Assembly: GCA_943354165.1 (NCBI GenBank) | Contig: CALRBH010000006.1 | Coordinates: 1-42,708 of the forward strand | Reading direction: 5' to 3' | Source: Candidatus Uhrbacteria bacterium RIFOXYB12_FULL_58_10 | Lineage (GTDB): Bacteria; Patescibacteriota; Patescibacteriia; UBA9934; GWF2-40-263 | DNA: 42,708 nt | Shown: piece after piece, positions 24,396 to 33,482 of the stretch | How the letters are laid out: every line of letters starts with the position of its first letter | Numbering within the stretch: position 1 is the first letter of the stretch | The notes under the pieces: model-generated | What the model saw: the letters and a program-made list of their open reading frames with translations, nothing else | Told to the model about the DNA's origin: nothing | The model's database searches: none | Translations under genes and position numbers: made by a program

Positions 24396-24550
24396 GAAAC
24401 GACAAACAAAAAACGACAAATGACAAAGAAAGCCTGAAAATCCGAAAGGTTAAATGAGCTCATTTACCTATTTGTCGTTTTCTACTTTTCTTTGTCGTTT
24501 GCCCCTGCCGGAGCCCTCAGGCGAGGACAAACGTTTGTTGTTTGTAGTTT
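24396..24550. repeat. AAACGACAA/TTTGTCGTT family element, copy 2 (degenerate arms, nested perfect palindromes)
   Basis: The A-arm is at 24396-24432 and the T-arm at 24471-24501. The core has the 16-bp palindrome TAAATGAGCTCATTTA (24451-24466). There is an extra 12-bp palindrome ACAAACGTTTGT (24527-24538) and a TTTGTTGTTTGTAGTTT tail. Confidence 0.85.
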
Positions 24551-24652
24551 AGTGGCTCTCCCTTGCTAAATTGAGCCACTTCCAGTACCTTTCCCCCGCT
24601 ATCTATTCTTAATTCCGACGGTCTAATCCCCTGGTTTTACTGGGCTGGAAAC

Positions 24653-25801
24653 ATGACTTTCGGCAACTCTTCTATGGCTACGGCCAAGAAAGGCGGATTT
24701 GTGGAGCTGATGGAGGAAGGATCGAACATGGCCATTCCTCAGGTTGGCGATGTGGTTCGTGGCAAGGTGCTTTCTGCCAGCCGCCGCGAGGTGAAGCTGG
24801 ATATCGATGGGATGCGCGTAGGCGTGGTCCGCGGCCGCGAACTCTTTGCGGAGTCCGCCGAGTACAGCAACCTCGCTGACGGCTCCGAGATCGAAGCCAC
24901 AGTCATCGACATGGAAAACGAGAACGGCGAAATGGAACTCTCCTTCCGATTTGCCGGTCAGAAGAAGGCTTGGGAGGAATTGAAGCGCCTGTTCACCACC
25001 GGTGAAATGGTTGAGGCGAAGATCCTCGAGGCCAACAAGGGCGGTCTCCTTGTGCGCGTGAACAACGCCGCAGGCTTCCTGCCAGTGTCCCAGCTCTCAC
25101 CAGACCACTACCCACGCGTGTCCGGCGGCGACAAGCAGAAGATTCTCGAGAAACTCAAGACCTACGTCGGTACTTCCTTTGAAGTCCGCGTGCTCGATGT
25201 GAACGAAGAGGAAGAAAAGCTCATCGTGTCTGAAAAGGCCGTTTGGGAAGACAAGCAGAAGAACGTGCTTTCCAAGTACCGCGTGGGCGACACCGTAGAA
25301 GGTGAAGTCACTGCTGTGGCCGACTTCGGCGCCTTCGTCCGCTTCGATGCGCTTGAAGGTCTCGTGCACATTTCCGAAATCGCTTGGCAACGCATTGACC
25401 ACCCACGCGATGTACTTACGGTCGGCCAGCAGGTGAAGGCCGAGATCATTGGGATTGAAGGTTCCAAGATCTTCTTGTCCATGAAGAAACTCGTGCAAGA
25501 CCCATGGAAGAACATCACGGACAAATACAAGATCAACGACATGGTGGAAGGCACTGTGCTTAAGGTGAACCCATTCGGCTTCTTCGTGGAGCTCGATTCC
25601 GAAATCCACGGTCTCGCCCACGTGAGCGAACTTTCTGACACCCCAGTCGCCGACGTCACCACCCTCGGAAAAGTTGGCGATCGCCTCAAGTTCCGCATCG
25701 TGTCCATTGAACCAACAGAACACCGCCTCGGTCTCTCACTGAAGAGCCAGCCAAAGGAGGAACCAAAATCCGAGAAGAAGGCCGATGAAGCCGCCGCTTA
25801 A
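24653..25801 (+). CDS. rpsA: 30S ribosomal protein S1 (short, four S1 domains)
   Basis: 382 aa with repeated S1 motifs (VGDVVRGKV, GEMVEAKIL, VGDTVEGEVT, INDMVEGTVL ... GLAHVSEL). Confidence 0.88.
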   Translation: MTFGNSSMATAKKGGFVELMEEGSNMAIPQVGDVVRGKVLSASRREVKLDIDGMRVGVVRGRELFAESAEYSNLADGSEIEATVIDMENENGEMELSFRFAGQKKAWEELKRLFTTGEMVEAKILEANKGGLLVRVNNAAGFLPVSQLSPDHYPRVSGGDKQKILEKLKTYVGTSFEVRVLDVNEEEEKLIVSEKAVWEDKQKNVLSKYRVGDTVEGEVTAVADFGAFVRFDALEGLVHISEIAWQRIDHPRDVLTVGQQVKAEIIGIEGSKIFLSMKKLVQDPWKNITDKYKINDMVEGTVLKVNPFGFFVELDSEIHGLAHVSELSDTPVADVTTLGKVGDRLKFRIVSIEPTEHRLGLSLKSQPKEEPKSEKKADEAAA

Positions 25802-25828
25802 GGCGTCTCCGCACACGCCAGCCAACGT

Positions 25829-27652
25829 ATGCGACCCCTCACAAAGCAGCTCACCATTGCCGTGCTCGCCGTAATTATCGCCGGGCTCGCCCTCTCTTCC
25901 TATTCCCTCTCCGGCAAAGCGCCGGAAGAGGTGACGATCTCCGCCCTCATCGAGCATATTGAGAAAGAGAATCTCAAGGAACTTTCCGTGGAAGGCAGCA
26001 CCATTACCGCGACCCTTAAAGACGATACCGAGGTGAAGACCCAGAAAGAATCGGAAGGATCGATTGTGGAGCTTCTCAAGAACTACGGCGTTGACGAGGA
26101 CAAGATCAAAGCCGCCAACATCACCATCTCGGAACGTTCGGCACGCTCCTATATTTTGAGCTACATCCTCCCCTCGCTCATCCCGTTGATTCTCGTAGGC
26201 ATCCTGCTCTTCTTCATGGTGCGCCAGATGCAGGGCGCCAACTCCAAGGCCATGACGTTCGGCAGCTCCGGCGCGCGCGAGGCGGACCCTAAGGGAAAGA
26301 ACCGCGTGAAGTTTTCGGACGTAGCCGGCGCCAAGGAAGCCAAGGAAGAACTCCACGAAATCGTGGAGTTCCTGAAGAACCCTAAAAAGTTCGCCGACCT
26401 CGGCGCAAAGCTCCCTAAAGGTGTGCTCCTCATGGGCCGTCCAGGTACAGGAAAGACACTGCTCGCCCGCGCGGTCGCTGGGGAAGCAGAAGTTCCCTTC
26501 TTCCACATCTCCGGATCCGAATTCGTGGAAATGTTTGTCGGTGTAGGTGCAAGCCGCGTACGCGATCTTTTTGCAAAAGCAAAAAAGAGCGCGCCATGCA
26601 TTATTTTTATCGATGAAATCGATGCGGTCGGCCGCCAGCGCGGAGCCGGACTTGGCGGAAGCCACGATGAGCGCGAACAGACCTTGAACCAGATCCTCGT
26701 GGAAATGGACGGGTTTGAAGCGAACCTTGGTGTCATTGTCGTCGCCGCCACCAACCGCCCAGACGTACTCGATCCAGCCCTCCTGCGCCCAGGCCGCTTC
26801 GACCGCCGCGTCATCCTCGACCTTCCGGACATCACGGAGCGTTTGGAAATTCTCAAGGTGCACGCGATCGGAAAACCAATGGCAAAGGACGTCGCACTCC
26901 AGCGCGTTGCTGAACGCACCGTTGGATTCGCCGGCGCTGACCTCATGAACCTGCTCAACGAAGCCGCCATCCGCACCGCGCGCCAGAACCGCGCAGAGGT
27001 GACCCAGGAAGACATCCTTACCTCTATCGAAAAAGTCATGCTTGGACCTGAACGCAAGAGCAAGGTCATGTCGGAGGGAGACAAGAAGCTCGTGGCCTAC
27101 CACGAAGCCGGTCACGCGATCGTGGCCCACTTCTCCAAGCACGCGGATCCCGTCCATAAAGTTTCGATCATCTCCCGCGGCTCGGCCGGCGGGTACACCA
27201 TGAACGTTCCTGGCGAGGACCAGCGCTTCCCGCGCCGCGCCCAGTTCATTGATGACATGGCGGTCTGTCTCGGTGGATACGTGGCCGAACAGGAAACGTT
27301 TGGCGATCTCACCACAGGAGCCTCAAGCGATCTTAAAAAGGCTACGCGTATCGCCCGCGACATCGTCACTCGCTACGGTATGAGCGAACTCGGCCCACAG
27401 GTATTCGGCGAATCGGAAGAGATGGTCTTCCTCGGCCGCGACCTGCATGAGACACGCAACTATTCCGAGAACACGGCCCAGCGCATCGACGAAGCCGTTT
27501 CGAAGCTCGTTCATGGCGCCATGGAGACCGCTCGTGGTATTATTACGAGCAAGAAAGTTGAACTCGATAAGATTGCAAACGCGCTCCTCGTAAAGGAGAC
27601 ACTTGAAAAGGAAGCGTTCGAAGAACTTCTTGGCGGAGCGAAACAGAGGTAG
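25829..27652 (+). CDS. ftsH: ATP-dependent zinc metalloprotease FtsH
   Basis: N-terminal TM helices, AAA+ Walker A GRPGTGKT, Walker [12 protein letters not shown], and zinc site HEAGHAIV. Confidence 0.97.
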   Translation: MRPLTKQLTIAVLAVIIAGLALSSYSLSGKAPEEVTISALIEHIEKENLKELSVEGSTITATLKDDTEVKTQKESEGSIVELLKNYGVDEDKIKAANITISERSARSYILSYILPSLIPLILVGILLFFMVRQMQGANSKAMTFGSSGAREADPKGKNRVKFSDVAGAKEAKEELHEIVEFLKNPKKFADLGAKLPKGVLLMGRPGTGKTLLARAVAGEAEVPFFHISGSEFVEMFVGVGASRVRDLFAKAKKSAPCIIFIDEIDAVGRQRGAGLGGSHDEREQTLNQILVEMDGFEANLGVIVVAATNRPDVLDPALLRPGRFDRRVILDLPDITERLEILKVHAIGKPMAKDVALQRVAERTVGFAGADLMNLLNEAAIRTARQNRAEVTQEDILTSIEKVMLGPERKSKVMSEGDKKLVAYHEAGHAIVAHFSKHADPVHKVSIISRGSAGGYTMNVPGEDQRFPRRAQFIDDMAVCLGGYVAEQETFGDLTTGASSDLKKATRIARDIVTRYGMSELGPQVFGESEEMVFLGRDLHETRNYSENTAQRIDEAVSKLVHGAMETARGIITSKKVELDKIANALLVKETLEKEAFEELLGGAKQR

Positions 27653-27723
27653 TAGTAAGTAGATAGTAGTTAGTAGATTTTACTTCACCACTACTAACTA
27701 CTTACTACTACCTACTAACTAAG
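27649..27723. repeat. Locus-private inverted array (TAGTAGT/ACTACTA units)
   Basis: Arm 1 is GTAGTAGTAAGTAGATAGTAGTTAGTAG, the loop is 13 nt and arm 2 is ACTACTAACTACTTACTACTACCTACTAACTAAG. The array begins at the ftsH stop codon. Confidence 0.85.
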
Positions 27724-27741
27724 ACTTTCATACGGAGGAAT

Positions 27742-28728
27742 ATGAAACACACACCCATGGTGCTCCACCGTGAACTTTTGCGCGAAGCGTTAGGGCTCGC
27801 GTGGAAACGGAAAGCGCTGTGGGTGTTTGGTTTGTTCGCCGCCCTCGTATCGACGGGTGGAATCGTCGATATGGCCTTCCGTACCTTCCGCCAAGTGGAA
27901 GCCGGACGCGACCTGTATTTCCAGGCTCTCGATAACGCACTTCCCTTCGCCTCCTGGTTCTCCACCTATTTCCGTCTACTCGACGTCGTAGACCATTCGC
28001 GCGTCACCCTGACCATCATCGTCGCAACACTCCTCCTCATCGCCCTCGCCTTCTTTGCTGTGCTCTCGCAGGGAGCGCTTATGGTGGGATCGATGGCAAA
28101 GAACCATGAGCACCCGTCTACCCTCATGCGCAAGGCACTTCCCTGGGTACCGACCCTGGCGGTCATCGCCTTTATTGGAAAACTCGCCCAGGCGATTCTC
28201 GTTGCCCTCACCACTCTGCCCCTTGTCCTCTATCTCACAAATGCGAGCCTGGAGAACGGGTTGATTTACTTCGTCCTCTTCCTCATGTTCTTCCCGGCGA
28301 CCGTCCTGGTGCAGCTTGTGAGCATCCTCGCAGGCTTCGAGATCGTCCGGCACGAGACATCCCTCGTTCAGGGATTCAAGGGAGCGCTCGCCATGGCGTA
28401 CCGTCATTGGCTGGCCGCACTTGAACTTGGAGTACTCCTGTTCCTCATAACAGGTCTCATGGGGATGGCAGCCGGCGTCCTCTTCATCCTCCTCGCGATT
28501 CCGTTCACGATCCTTATTTCTGCCTCCATTGCGGCCGGTACACCCGTCCTCTTCATCGGAAGCGTTTCCGTGGCTGCCATTACTGCCGCCGTCCTCTCGT
28601 GGATGACCGTGGGAGCTTCCATTACCATCCAGTACACCGCCTGGTCCCTCTTCCATGACCGCGCGTCCCATCCGCATCCAAAAACACGTATGATTCCAAA
28701 GCTCGAGCGCCTCTGGGCAAAGCTTTAG
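27742..28728 (+). CDS. Polytopic membrane protein, function unknown
   Basis: 328 aa with about 7 hydrophobic helices and GGAGGA 5 nt upstream of the ATG. No catalytic motif recognised. Confidence 0.65.
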   Translation: MKHTPMVLHRELLREALGLAWKRKALWVFGLFAALVSTGGIVDMAFRTFRQVEAGRDLYFQALDNALPFASWFSTYFRLLDVVDHSRVTLTIIVATLLLIALAFFAVLSQGALMVGSMAKNHEHPSTLMRKALPWVPTLAVIAFIGKLAQAILVALTTLPLVLYLTNASLENGLIYFVLFLMFFPATVLVQLVSILAGFEIVRHETSLVQGFKGALAMAYRHWLAALELGVLLFLITGLMGMAAGVLFILLAIPFTILISASIAAGTPVLFIGSVSVAAITAAVLSWMTVGASITIQYTAWSLFHDRASHPHPKTRMIPKLERLWAKL

Positions 28729-28761
28729 CTGGGCCGTACACTAGCGCAAACGACCAGCACC

Positions 28762-28798
28762 TTTTTGTTTGCTCTTTGTCGTTTGAGGTTTGGAGTTT
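28762..28798. repeat. Solo T-rich arm (TTTGTCGTT / GTTTGAGG units)
   Basis: TTTTTGTTTGCTCTTTGTCGTTTGAGGTTTGGAGTTT lies just upstream of the ATPase start. Confidence 0.7.
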
Positions 28799-28806
28799 CA
28801 TCCCAT

Positions 28807-30531
28807 ATGTCCGATTCCCAAAGCATTGAACAACTCCTCAAAAAACCAGGCGCCGCAGGTGCTTCTTCGACGATCCCAAGCGTAGGAGACAAGTTCGATA
28901 CCAAGATGAAGGACATCCGTCTCAAAGAAAAAGAGCAGGAGGCAGAAAAGCAGGCGCAGGCTTCAGGGATTCCGTACGTGAACCTCAAAGGGTTTCCCGT
29001 AAGTCCGGAAGCGCTCGTCCTTATCCCGCGCGAACAGGCGAACGCCCTCAAGACGCTGTGCTTTCTCTTTACTGGAACAGACTTCCGCCTTGCAGCCATA
29101 AGCCCCACCGACAAATCCGTCACGGAAATGCTCTACCAGATGGAAGAGCGTCTCCAGGCGAAGGGCGGCGTCTACCTCATCTCCGAGGAAAGTTTCCGTT
29201 CCGCGGAAAAGCTCTACGACGCGCTCCCAAAGATGCGCAAGATCGTAAAGGGTGTGAAAGTCACGGATGAAGAGTTGGCCCGCTACCAGCAAGACCTCAA
29301 GACCTACGCGGACATGCAGCGCGTTCTTGAGAAGGCCTCGGTAACGGACATCATGACCATCATCATGGCCGCTTCCCTCGCCTTCAACACGAGCGACGTC
29401 CATATTGAAGCCGAGGAAAAGAAAGTGGCCGTTCGCTTCCGTATCGATGGCGTGCTGCAAGAAGTCGCCACCATGCATGCAGAGCTGTGGAAAAAGATCA
29501 TCGCCCGCGTAAAGCTCATCAGCGGACTCAAAATCAACATCACGGACCGCCCACAAGACGGCCGATTTACGATTTTCTTAAAAACAGGCGACACGGACGT
29601 CCGTGTTTCGACCATCCCAACCGCATGGGGCGAGTCCGTCGTCATGCGTATCCTGAAGCCATCGGCCATCAACGTAGAATTCGCCGGCCTTGGGTTCCGC
29701 CCGCTCGTCGAAGCGAAGTTGCGCAAGGAAATCGACAAGCCACATGGCATGATCATCACCACCGGCCCGACCGGTTCCGGAAAAACCACCACACTCTACG
29801 CCATCCTGCGCAAGCTCAACACTGCGGATGAGAAGATCGTCACATTGGAAGATCCTATCGAGTACAAGCTGGAAGGTATCAACCAGTCCCAGATCGAGTC
29901 CTCAAAGAATTATACGTTCGCCTCGGGTCTGCGCTCCATTCTTCGTCAGGACCCGGACATCGTCATGGTCGGAGAAATCCGCGACCTGGAAACCGCCGAG
30001 GTCGCCATCAACGCCGCCCTCACCGGCCACCTCATGCTTTCAACTCTGCACACCAATGATGCGGCTGGTGCGCTTCCGCGTTTCATTTCGATGGGCGTAA
30101 AGCCGTTCCTTCTTTCCCCGGCCCTCAACGCCATCATCGGTCAGCGCCTGGTTCGAAAAATCCACGAGGCCTGCAAGGAAGAATTCGTACTCGCACCTGA
30201 TGTGCTTGCGACCGTAACCAAAATCATGGCCAAGCTCTCCCCCGCCTCCGGAGAAACGCCGCTCCCACCGGAGCAATGGAAGTTCTCTCGTGGCAAGGGA
30301 TGCGAAGTGTGCAACATGTCCGGATACAAGGGCCGGCTTGGGATTTACGAGGTCCTCATGATGGACGACGCCATCCGCGGTTCCCTTTCCGAATCCATCA
30401 ACGAATACCAGGTCCGCGAGCTCGCCCACACCCAAGGCATGGTCACCATGACCCAGGACGGGTTCCTGAAGGCGCTCGACGGCATCACCACCGTCGAAGA
30501 AGTTCTTCGTGTAGCTGGAGAAGGCATTTGA
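28807..30531 (+). CDS. Second GspE/PilB-family secretion ATPase (paralogue)
   Basis: Walker [30 protein letters not shown] and a T2SSE N-terminal-like region. The first Cys pair of the Zn motif is degenerate (HEAC-KEEF) and the second is present (GCEVC). The start is trimmed to ATG 28807. Confidence 0.9.
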   Translation: MSDSQSIEQLLKKPGAAGASSTIPSVGDKFDTKMKDIRLKEKEQEAEKQAQASGIPYVNLKGFPVSPEALVLIPREQANALKTLCFLFTGTDFRLAAISPTDKSVTEMLYQMEERLQAKGGVYLISEESFRSAEKLYDALPKMRKIVKGVKVTDEELARYQQDLKTYADMQRVLEKASVTDIMTIIMAASLAFNTSDVHIEAEEKKVAVRFRIDGVLQEVATMHAELWKKIIARVKLISGLKINITDRPQDGRFTIFLKTGDTDVRVSTIPTAWGESVVMRILKPSAINVEFAGLGFRPLVEAKLRKEIDKPHGMIITTGPTGSGKTTTLYAILRKLNTADEKIVTLEDPIEYKLEGINQSQIESSKNYTFASGLRSILRQDPDIVMVGEIRDLETAEVAINAALTGHLMLSTLHTNDAAGALPRFISMGVKPFLLSPALNAIIGQRLVRKIHEACKEEFVLAPDVLATVTKIMAKLSPASGETPLPPEQWKFSRGKGCEVCNMSGYKGRLGIYEVLMMDDAIRGSLSESINEYQVRELAHTQGMVTMTQDGFLKALDGITTVEEVLRVAGEGI

Positions 30532-30587
30532 CGCCCCAATGAGACGTGGTTACATTGGGAGGGCTCGGTCTCAACGTTGGGAGTAAC

Positions 30588-30968
30588 ATGAGTGAGAAAA
30601 CGGTATTTCGCCTCGGATTTCGTCGCACGGACACGGGGGTCATCGAGTCTTGGTGCTCCCCTCACCATGACACCATCGTCACAGAGCTCCAGCTTCTCGT
30701 GCCTTTCGTCCGTCTGAAGAGCGGAAGCGCCTTCTATATCAGCGCTTCGGTGGATGATGAAACGCGCGTGCGGGGTGCATGGCTCCATCCGCGCGAGCTC
30801 TTCGACCGGATCTGCGACATTGTCGAGCGCGGCGCGGACGATCTCGAAAAAGTGCGTGCGCGAAAACAGGTCCAGGAAGAGCCCGTGCTGCCCGTGGCGT
30901 TCTCCCTCGGGATCCGTTCTCCTGCCCTGTGGAGCAGAACCCTGTTCCCGCGCGCCTACACGGAATGA
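30588..30968 (+). CDS. Hypothetical protein
   Basis: 126 aa from ATG 30588, with GGGAG 5 nt upstream. No motif recognised. A terminator follows. Confidence 0.45.
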   Translation: MSEKTVFRLGFRRTDTGVIESWCSPHHDTIVTELQLLVPFVRLKSGSAFYISASVDDETRVRGAWLHPRELFDRICDIVERGADDLEKVRARKQVQEEPVLPVAFSLGIRSPALWSRTLFPRAYTE

Positions 30969-30991
30969 CCGACTCTCGCGTCCTGCAGCAT

Positions 30992-31017
30992 ACCGCCTCA
31001 AAAGGGCGGTTCTTTTT
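30992..31017 (+). terminator. Intrinsic terminator
   Basis: ACCGCC-TCAAAAG-GGCGGT followed by TCTTTTT. Confidence 0.7.
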
Positions 31018-31021
31018 GCCC

Positions 31022-31057
31022 AAAAAAAGAAGAACGGACCCGCGTGGTGGGGCCCGT
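31022..31057 (-). terminator. Intrinsic terminator after the 31086-31343 gene
   Basis: The minus strand reads ACGGGCCC-CACCACGC-GGGTCCGT followed by TCTTCTTTTTTT. Confidence 0.7.
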
Positions 31058-31085
31058 AAGGTTGCTCCCGATGGAGCGCGTATCA

Positions 31086-31343
31086 CTAGAAGCCGGACTC
31101 TTTCATTTGCGGAAGCCCGTTCAGCTCCCGCAGGGTTTCCTGGATATCCCGCTCCGTGCGGATCGACTTGCGCTCGTTGCGCAACTTCCGGATCAGATCC
31201 TCCGTGATGCAGTTGTACCCGCCCGGCGTGCAGCAGTAGGGCGGTGTGTTCGACTCCCGATGGTAACGTTGCTGGTTCGTCTCTTCTGTCTCCTCCTCGG
31301 GTTGCGGAGAAGTTGGAGCGTCGGACTTCGCCGTGTCAGTCAT
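31086..31343 (-). CDS. Small hypothetical protein (85 aa) with an acidic N-terminus and a CC motif
   Basis: GGAGGA lies 3 nt upstream of the ATG. The gene has its own promoter and terminator. No homology recognised. Confidence 0.55.
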   Translation of the reverse strand: MTDTAKSDAPTSPQPEEETEETNQQRYHRESNTPPYCCTPGGYNCITEDLIRKLRNERKSIRTERDIQETLRELNGLPQMKESGF

Positions 31344-31371
31344 GGATCCTCCGTGGTGCGTGGTGGGCGGT

Positions 31372-31400
31372 ACATTAAACGAAAACGAGGGTCATGTCAA
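31372..31400 (-). promoter_or_regulatory. Candidate promoter (TTGACA-N17-TAATGT) embedded in the tsaE stop and terminator hairpin
   Basis: On the minus strand, TTGACA is at 31400..31395 and overlaps the tsaE TGA stop. The spacer is 17 nt and TAATGT is at 31377..31372. The hairpin AACGAGGGT/ACCCTCGTT (31384-31408) is followed by TTTCGTTT. Confidence 0.5.
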
Positions 31401-31837
31401 CCCTCGTTCCCCGCCCGTTCTATGGAAATTTTACGAGTTACGTCGCCCGTAGCATCGATGGTGACCTGCCAAATCGGCGTTCCGGCGGGCACGGCAAGCG
31501 CCTCCGGCGGCCACTCGACGCAGACAACGATGTCTGGTCGGCCAGTGAATTCATGGAGCCCGAGCTCGTCCAGCTCGTTCGGATTTTTCACACGATAGAA
31601 ATCCAAATGGACCAATTGCGTGATCGCCTTCGCTTGAACACGATAGATGTTCATGATGCTAAAGCTCGGACTGCGCGCTGCCTCCCCACCGAGCGCTTCG
31701 ACGAGCCCTTGAACGAACGCCGTCTTCCCCGCCCCGAGCGGACCGGTAAGCAACACCAATTCCCCGCCATGGAGATTCTTTGAGAACTCGGCGGCGAACG
31801 TTTTTGTTTCTTCGATGGAATGCGTCTCGATGGTCAT
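31397..31837 (-). CDS. tsaE: tRNA t6A37 biosynthesis ATPase TsaE
   Basis: 146 aa with the P-loop LTGPLGAGKT, typical of the YjeE family. ATGA overlap with the tsaD stop. Confidence 0.9.
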   Translation of the reverse strand: MTIETHSIEETKTFAAEFSKNLHGGELVLLTGPLGAGKTAFVQGLVEALGGEAARSPSFSIMNIYRVQAKAITQLVHLDFYRVKNPNELDELGLHEFTGRPDIVVCVEWPPEALAVPAGTPIWQVTIDATGDVTRKISIERAGNEG

Positions 31838-32844
31838 ACGCGTTCAGCTAACTTCATGTTCGGATCCGCCGCGAGCAAAAGCGGGTTCACCGTCTGCCCT
31901 GAACGGAAACGAAAATATCCGGCCGCGGCGATCATCGCAGCATTGTCGCCGGTATAAGCGAGGTCGGGAATGTGAAACGTAATGCCGTCGATCTGCGCAA
32001 CGGATTCCGCGAGTCGTTCGCGCAACACACGATTAGCAGACACGCCGCCGCACAGGATCACGGACGCCGGCTGGGTCTGCTGAACCGCGGTCATGGTCTT
32101 TTGCACAAGGATATCGGCGACAGCTTCCTCAAGCGAAGCGCAAACATCTTCCCGCCTCGCCTCCGGGTGTTCGCGAACATACACCGCGACGGCTGTTTTC
32201 AATCCGGAAAAACTAAAATCAAGGTCCCCGCTTTCAAGCATCGGACGTGGAAATTCGATCGCATGAGGATTTCCTTTCTGCGCCAGCTTGGACACGTTCG
32301 GTCCGCCCGGATATTCCAAACCGAGCAGCTTCGCCCCCTTATCGAACGCCTCCCCCGCCGCGTCATCGCGCGTCTTGCCGAGCAATTCATATTCCCCGTG
32401 CCCGCGCATCAGAATGAGCTCCGTGTGACCGCCAGAAACAAGCAGCGCGAGGGCTGGAAACGCCGGAACCTGCTGCTCCAGCCAAACTGAATACAAATGC
32501 CCTTCAAGATGGTTCACGGGCACGAGTGGCTTCTTCCAAAGGTAAGAAAGCGTCTTTGCCGCCTCGACGCCGATACGCAGCGCAGGAACCAATCCCGGCC
32601 CCGCCGTCACCGCAATCGCATCGATCCCCTTCCCATCCCGCGGAACGCCCGCCGCTTCGAGGAGTGGAAACAGCGCGTCGACGTGACGCCGAGCCGCGAC
32701 TTCAGGAACCACGCCGCCATACTTCGCATGCTCCGCCGCCTGGGACGCGATCGCATTCTCGTGAACCATAAGCACATCGCCTTCTCCAGAAAGGAGGGCG
32801 ACCGCGGTTTCATCGCAACTGGTTTCGATGGCGAGGATGCGCAT
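31834..32844 (-). CDS. tsaD: tRNA N6-adenosine threonylcarbamoyltransferase TsaD
   Basis: 336 aa. MRILAIETSCDETAVA..., HLEGHL metal site and CGGVSANRVLRE. Confidence 0.95.
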   Translation of the reverse strand: MRILAIETSCDETAVALLSGEGDVLMVHENAIASQAAEHAKYGGVVPEVAARRHVDALFPLLEAAGVPRDGKGIDAIAVTAGPGLVPALRIGVEAAKTLSYLWKKPLVPVNHLEGHLYSVWLEQQVPAFPALALLVSGGHTELILMRGHGEYELLGKTRDDAAGEAFDKGAKLLGLEYPGGPNVSKLAQKGNPHAIEFPRPMLESGDLDFSFSGLKTAVAVYVREHPEARREDVCASLEEAVADILVQKTMTAVQQTQPASVILCGGVSANRVLRERLAESVAQIDGITFHIPDLAYTGDNAAMIAAAGYFRFRSGQTVNPLLLAADPNMKLAERV

Positions 32845-32857
32845 AAGTCAAGAAAAG

Positions 32858-32886
32858 AGAATAACGGGAAATGCTCCGTATGGCAA
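32858..32886 (-). promoter_or_regulatory. Candidate promoter of tsaD-tsaE (TTGCCA-N17-TATTCT), with the -10 box 13 nt from the ATG
   Basis: On the minus strand, TTGCCA is at 32886..32881, the spacer is 17 nt and TATTCT is at 32863..32858. There is no SD. Confidence 0.4.
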
Positions 32887-32896
32887 GGAATGCTGG

Positions 32897-32934
32897 CAAA
32901 AAAAATACGACCCTGCACCACGTGGTTCAGGGTC
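32897..32934 (-). terminator. Intrinsic terminator after the 32965-33201 gene
   Basis: The minus strand reads GACCCTG-AACCACGTGGTG-CAGGGTC followed by GTATTTTTTTT. Confidence 0.7.
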
Positions 32935-32964
32935 AGAAACCAGCAAGATCGCTGGCGAGAGAAA

Positions 32965-33201
32965 CTATTTCTTGGCAGCGCGTGCCTTGACCTCAAGCTC
33001 CTTGAGCTCAGTTTCACTCGTCTCAAAGTACTCGAGAGAGAGCTTGGAATCCCGGAACTCCGTCAGGAAGCTCTGGTAATGAATCAGCGTCGGAAACTTC
33101 CGCAATCGTCCGAGCGCCTGCTTGGCCAGCTGGTTGATCAGCTCCTTCTTCTTGTCATGAGGAGTCCTTGCGAGCTGCTGGCCTGACTGCGATACACTCA
33201 T
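32965..33201 (-). CDS. Small hypothetical basic protein (78 aa)
   Basis: GGAGGTG lies 3 nt upstream of the ATG and the gene has its own terminator. No homology recognised. Confidence 0.5.
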   Translation of the reverse strand: MSVSQSGQQLARTPHDKKKELINQLAKQALGRLRKFPTLIHYQSFLTEFRDSKLSLEYFETSETELKELEVKARAAKK

Positions 33202-33280
33202 GGCACCTCCGTAGGGGAAACGTTCCCCGTGCCCGATCGGTAAAGACCCTACTTGGGTTTCCCTATGAAAGCAAGAAGGA

Positions 33281-33309
33281 AAATCAAAAACCGCCTGGAA
33301 AAACCAGAC
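33281..33309 (-). terminator. Intrinsic terminator after tRNA-Glu
   Basis: The minus strand reads GTCTGG-TTTTT-CCAGGC followed by GGTTTTTGATTT. Confidence 0.55.
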
Positions 33310-33317
33310 AGTTTCTG

Positions 33318-33392
33318 TGGTGACCCCAAGGAGAGTTGAACTCCTGCTACAGGCTTGAAAAGCCCGTGTCCTAACCGTTAGACGATGGGGCC
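33318..33392 (-). tRNA. tRNA-Glu (anticodon UUC), CCA encoded
   Basis: The reverse complement is GGCCCCATCGTCTAACGGTTAGGACACGGGCTTTTCAAGCCTGTAGCAGGAGTTCAACTCTCCTTGGGGTCACCA. The anticodon loop is TTTTCAA. Confidence 0.9.
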
Positions 33393-33404
33393 GTATGCGG
33401 CGGA

Positions 33405-33433
33405 ATAATAGACAAAAGGAGTCCGTTCGTCAA
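33405..33433 (-). promoter_or_regulatory. Candidate promoter of tRNA-Glu (TTGACG-N17-TATTAT)
   Basis: On the minus strand, TTGACG is at 33433..33428, the spacer is 17 nt and TATTAT is at 33410..33405, 12 nt upstream of the tRNA 5' end. Confidence 0.6.
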
Positions 33434-33445
33434 TCCGTACCACTC

Positions 33446-33473
33446 TTGCCTTCCCCGCCACATACGCTACCCT
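33446..33473 (+). promoter_or_regulatory. Candidate promoter of the SPFH gene (TTGCCT-N16-TACCCT), with the -10 box 9 nt from the ATG
   Basis: TTGCCT is at 33446-33451 and TACCCT at 33468-33473. The ATG is at 33483 and there is no SD. Confidence 0.35.
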
Positions 33474-33482
33474 ACCCTCCAT

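Noticed and set aside
25736-27157. A 473-aa minus-strand ORF, plus the nested ORF at 26161-27084
   Set aside because: Both are antisense to ftsH, whose plus-strand product has Walker A/B, SRH and HEAGH motifs. The antisense products have no motifs and an implausible composition.
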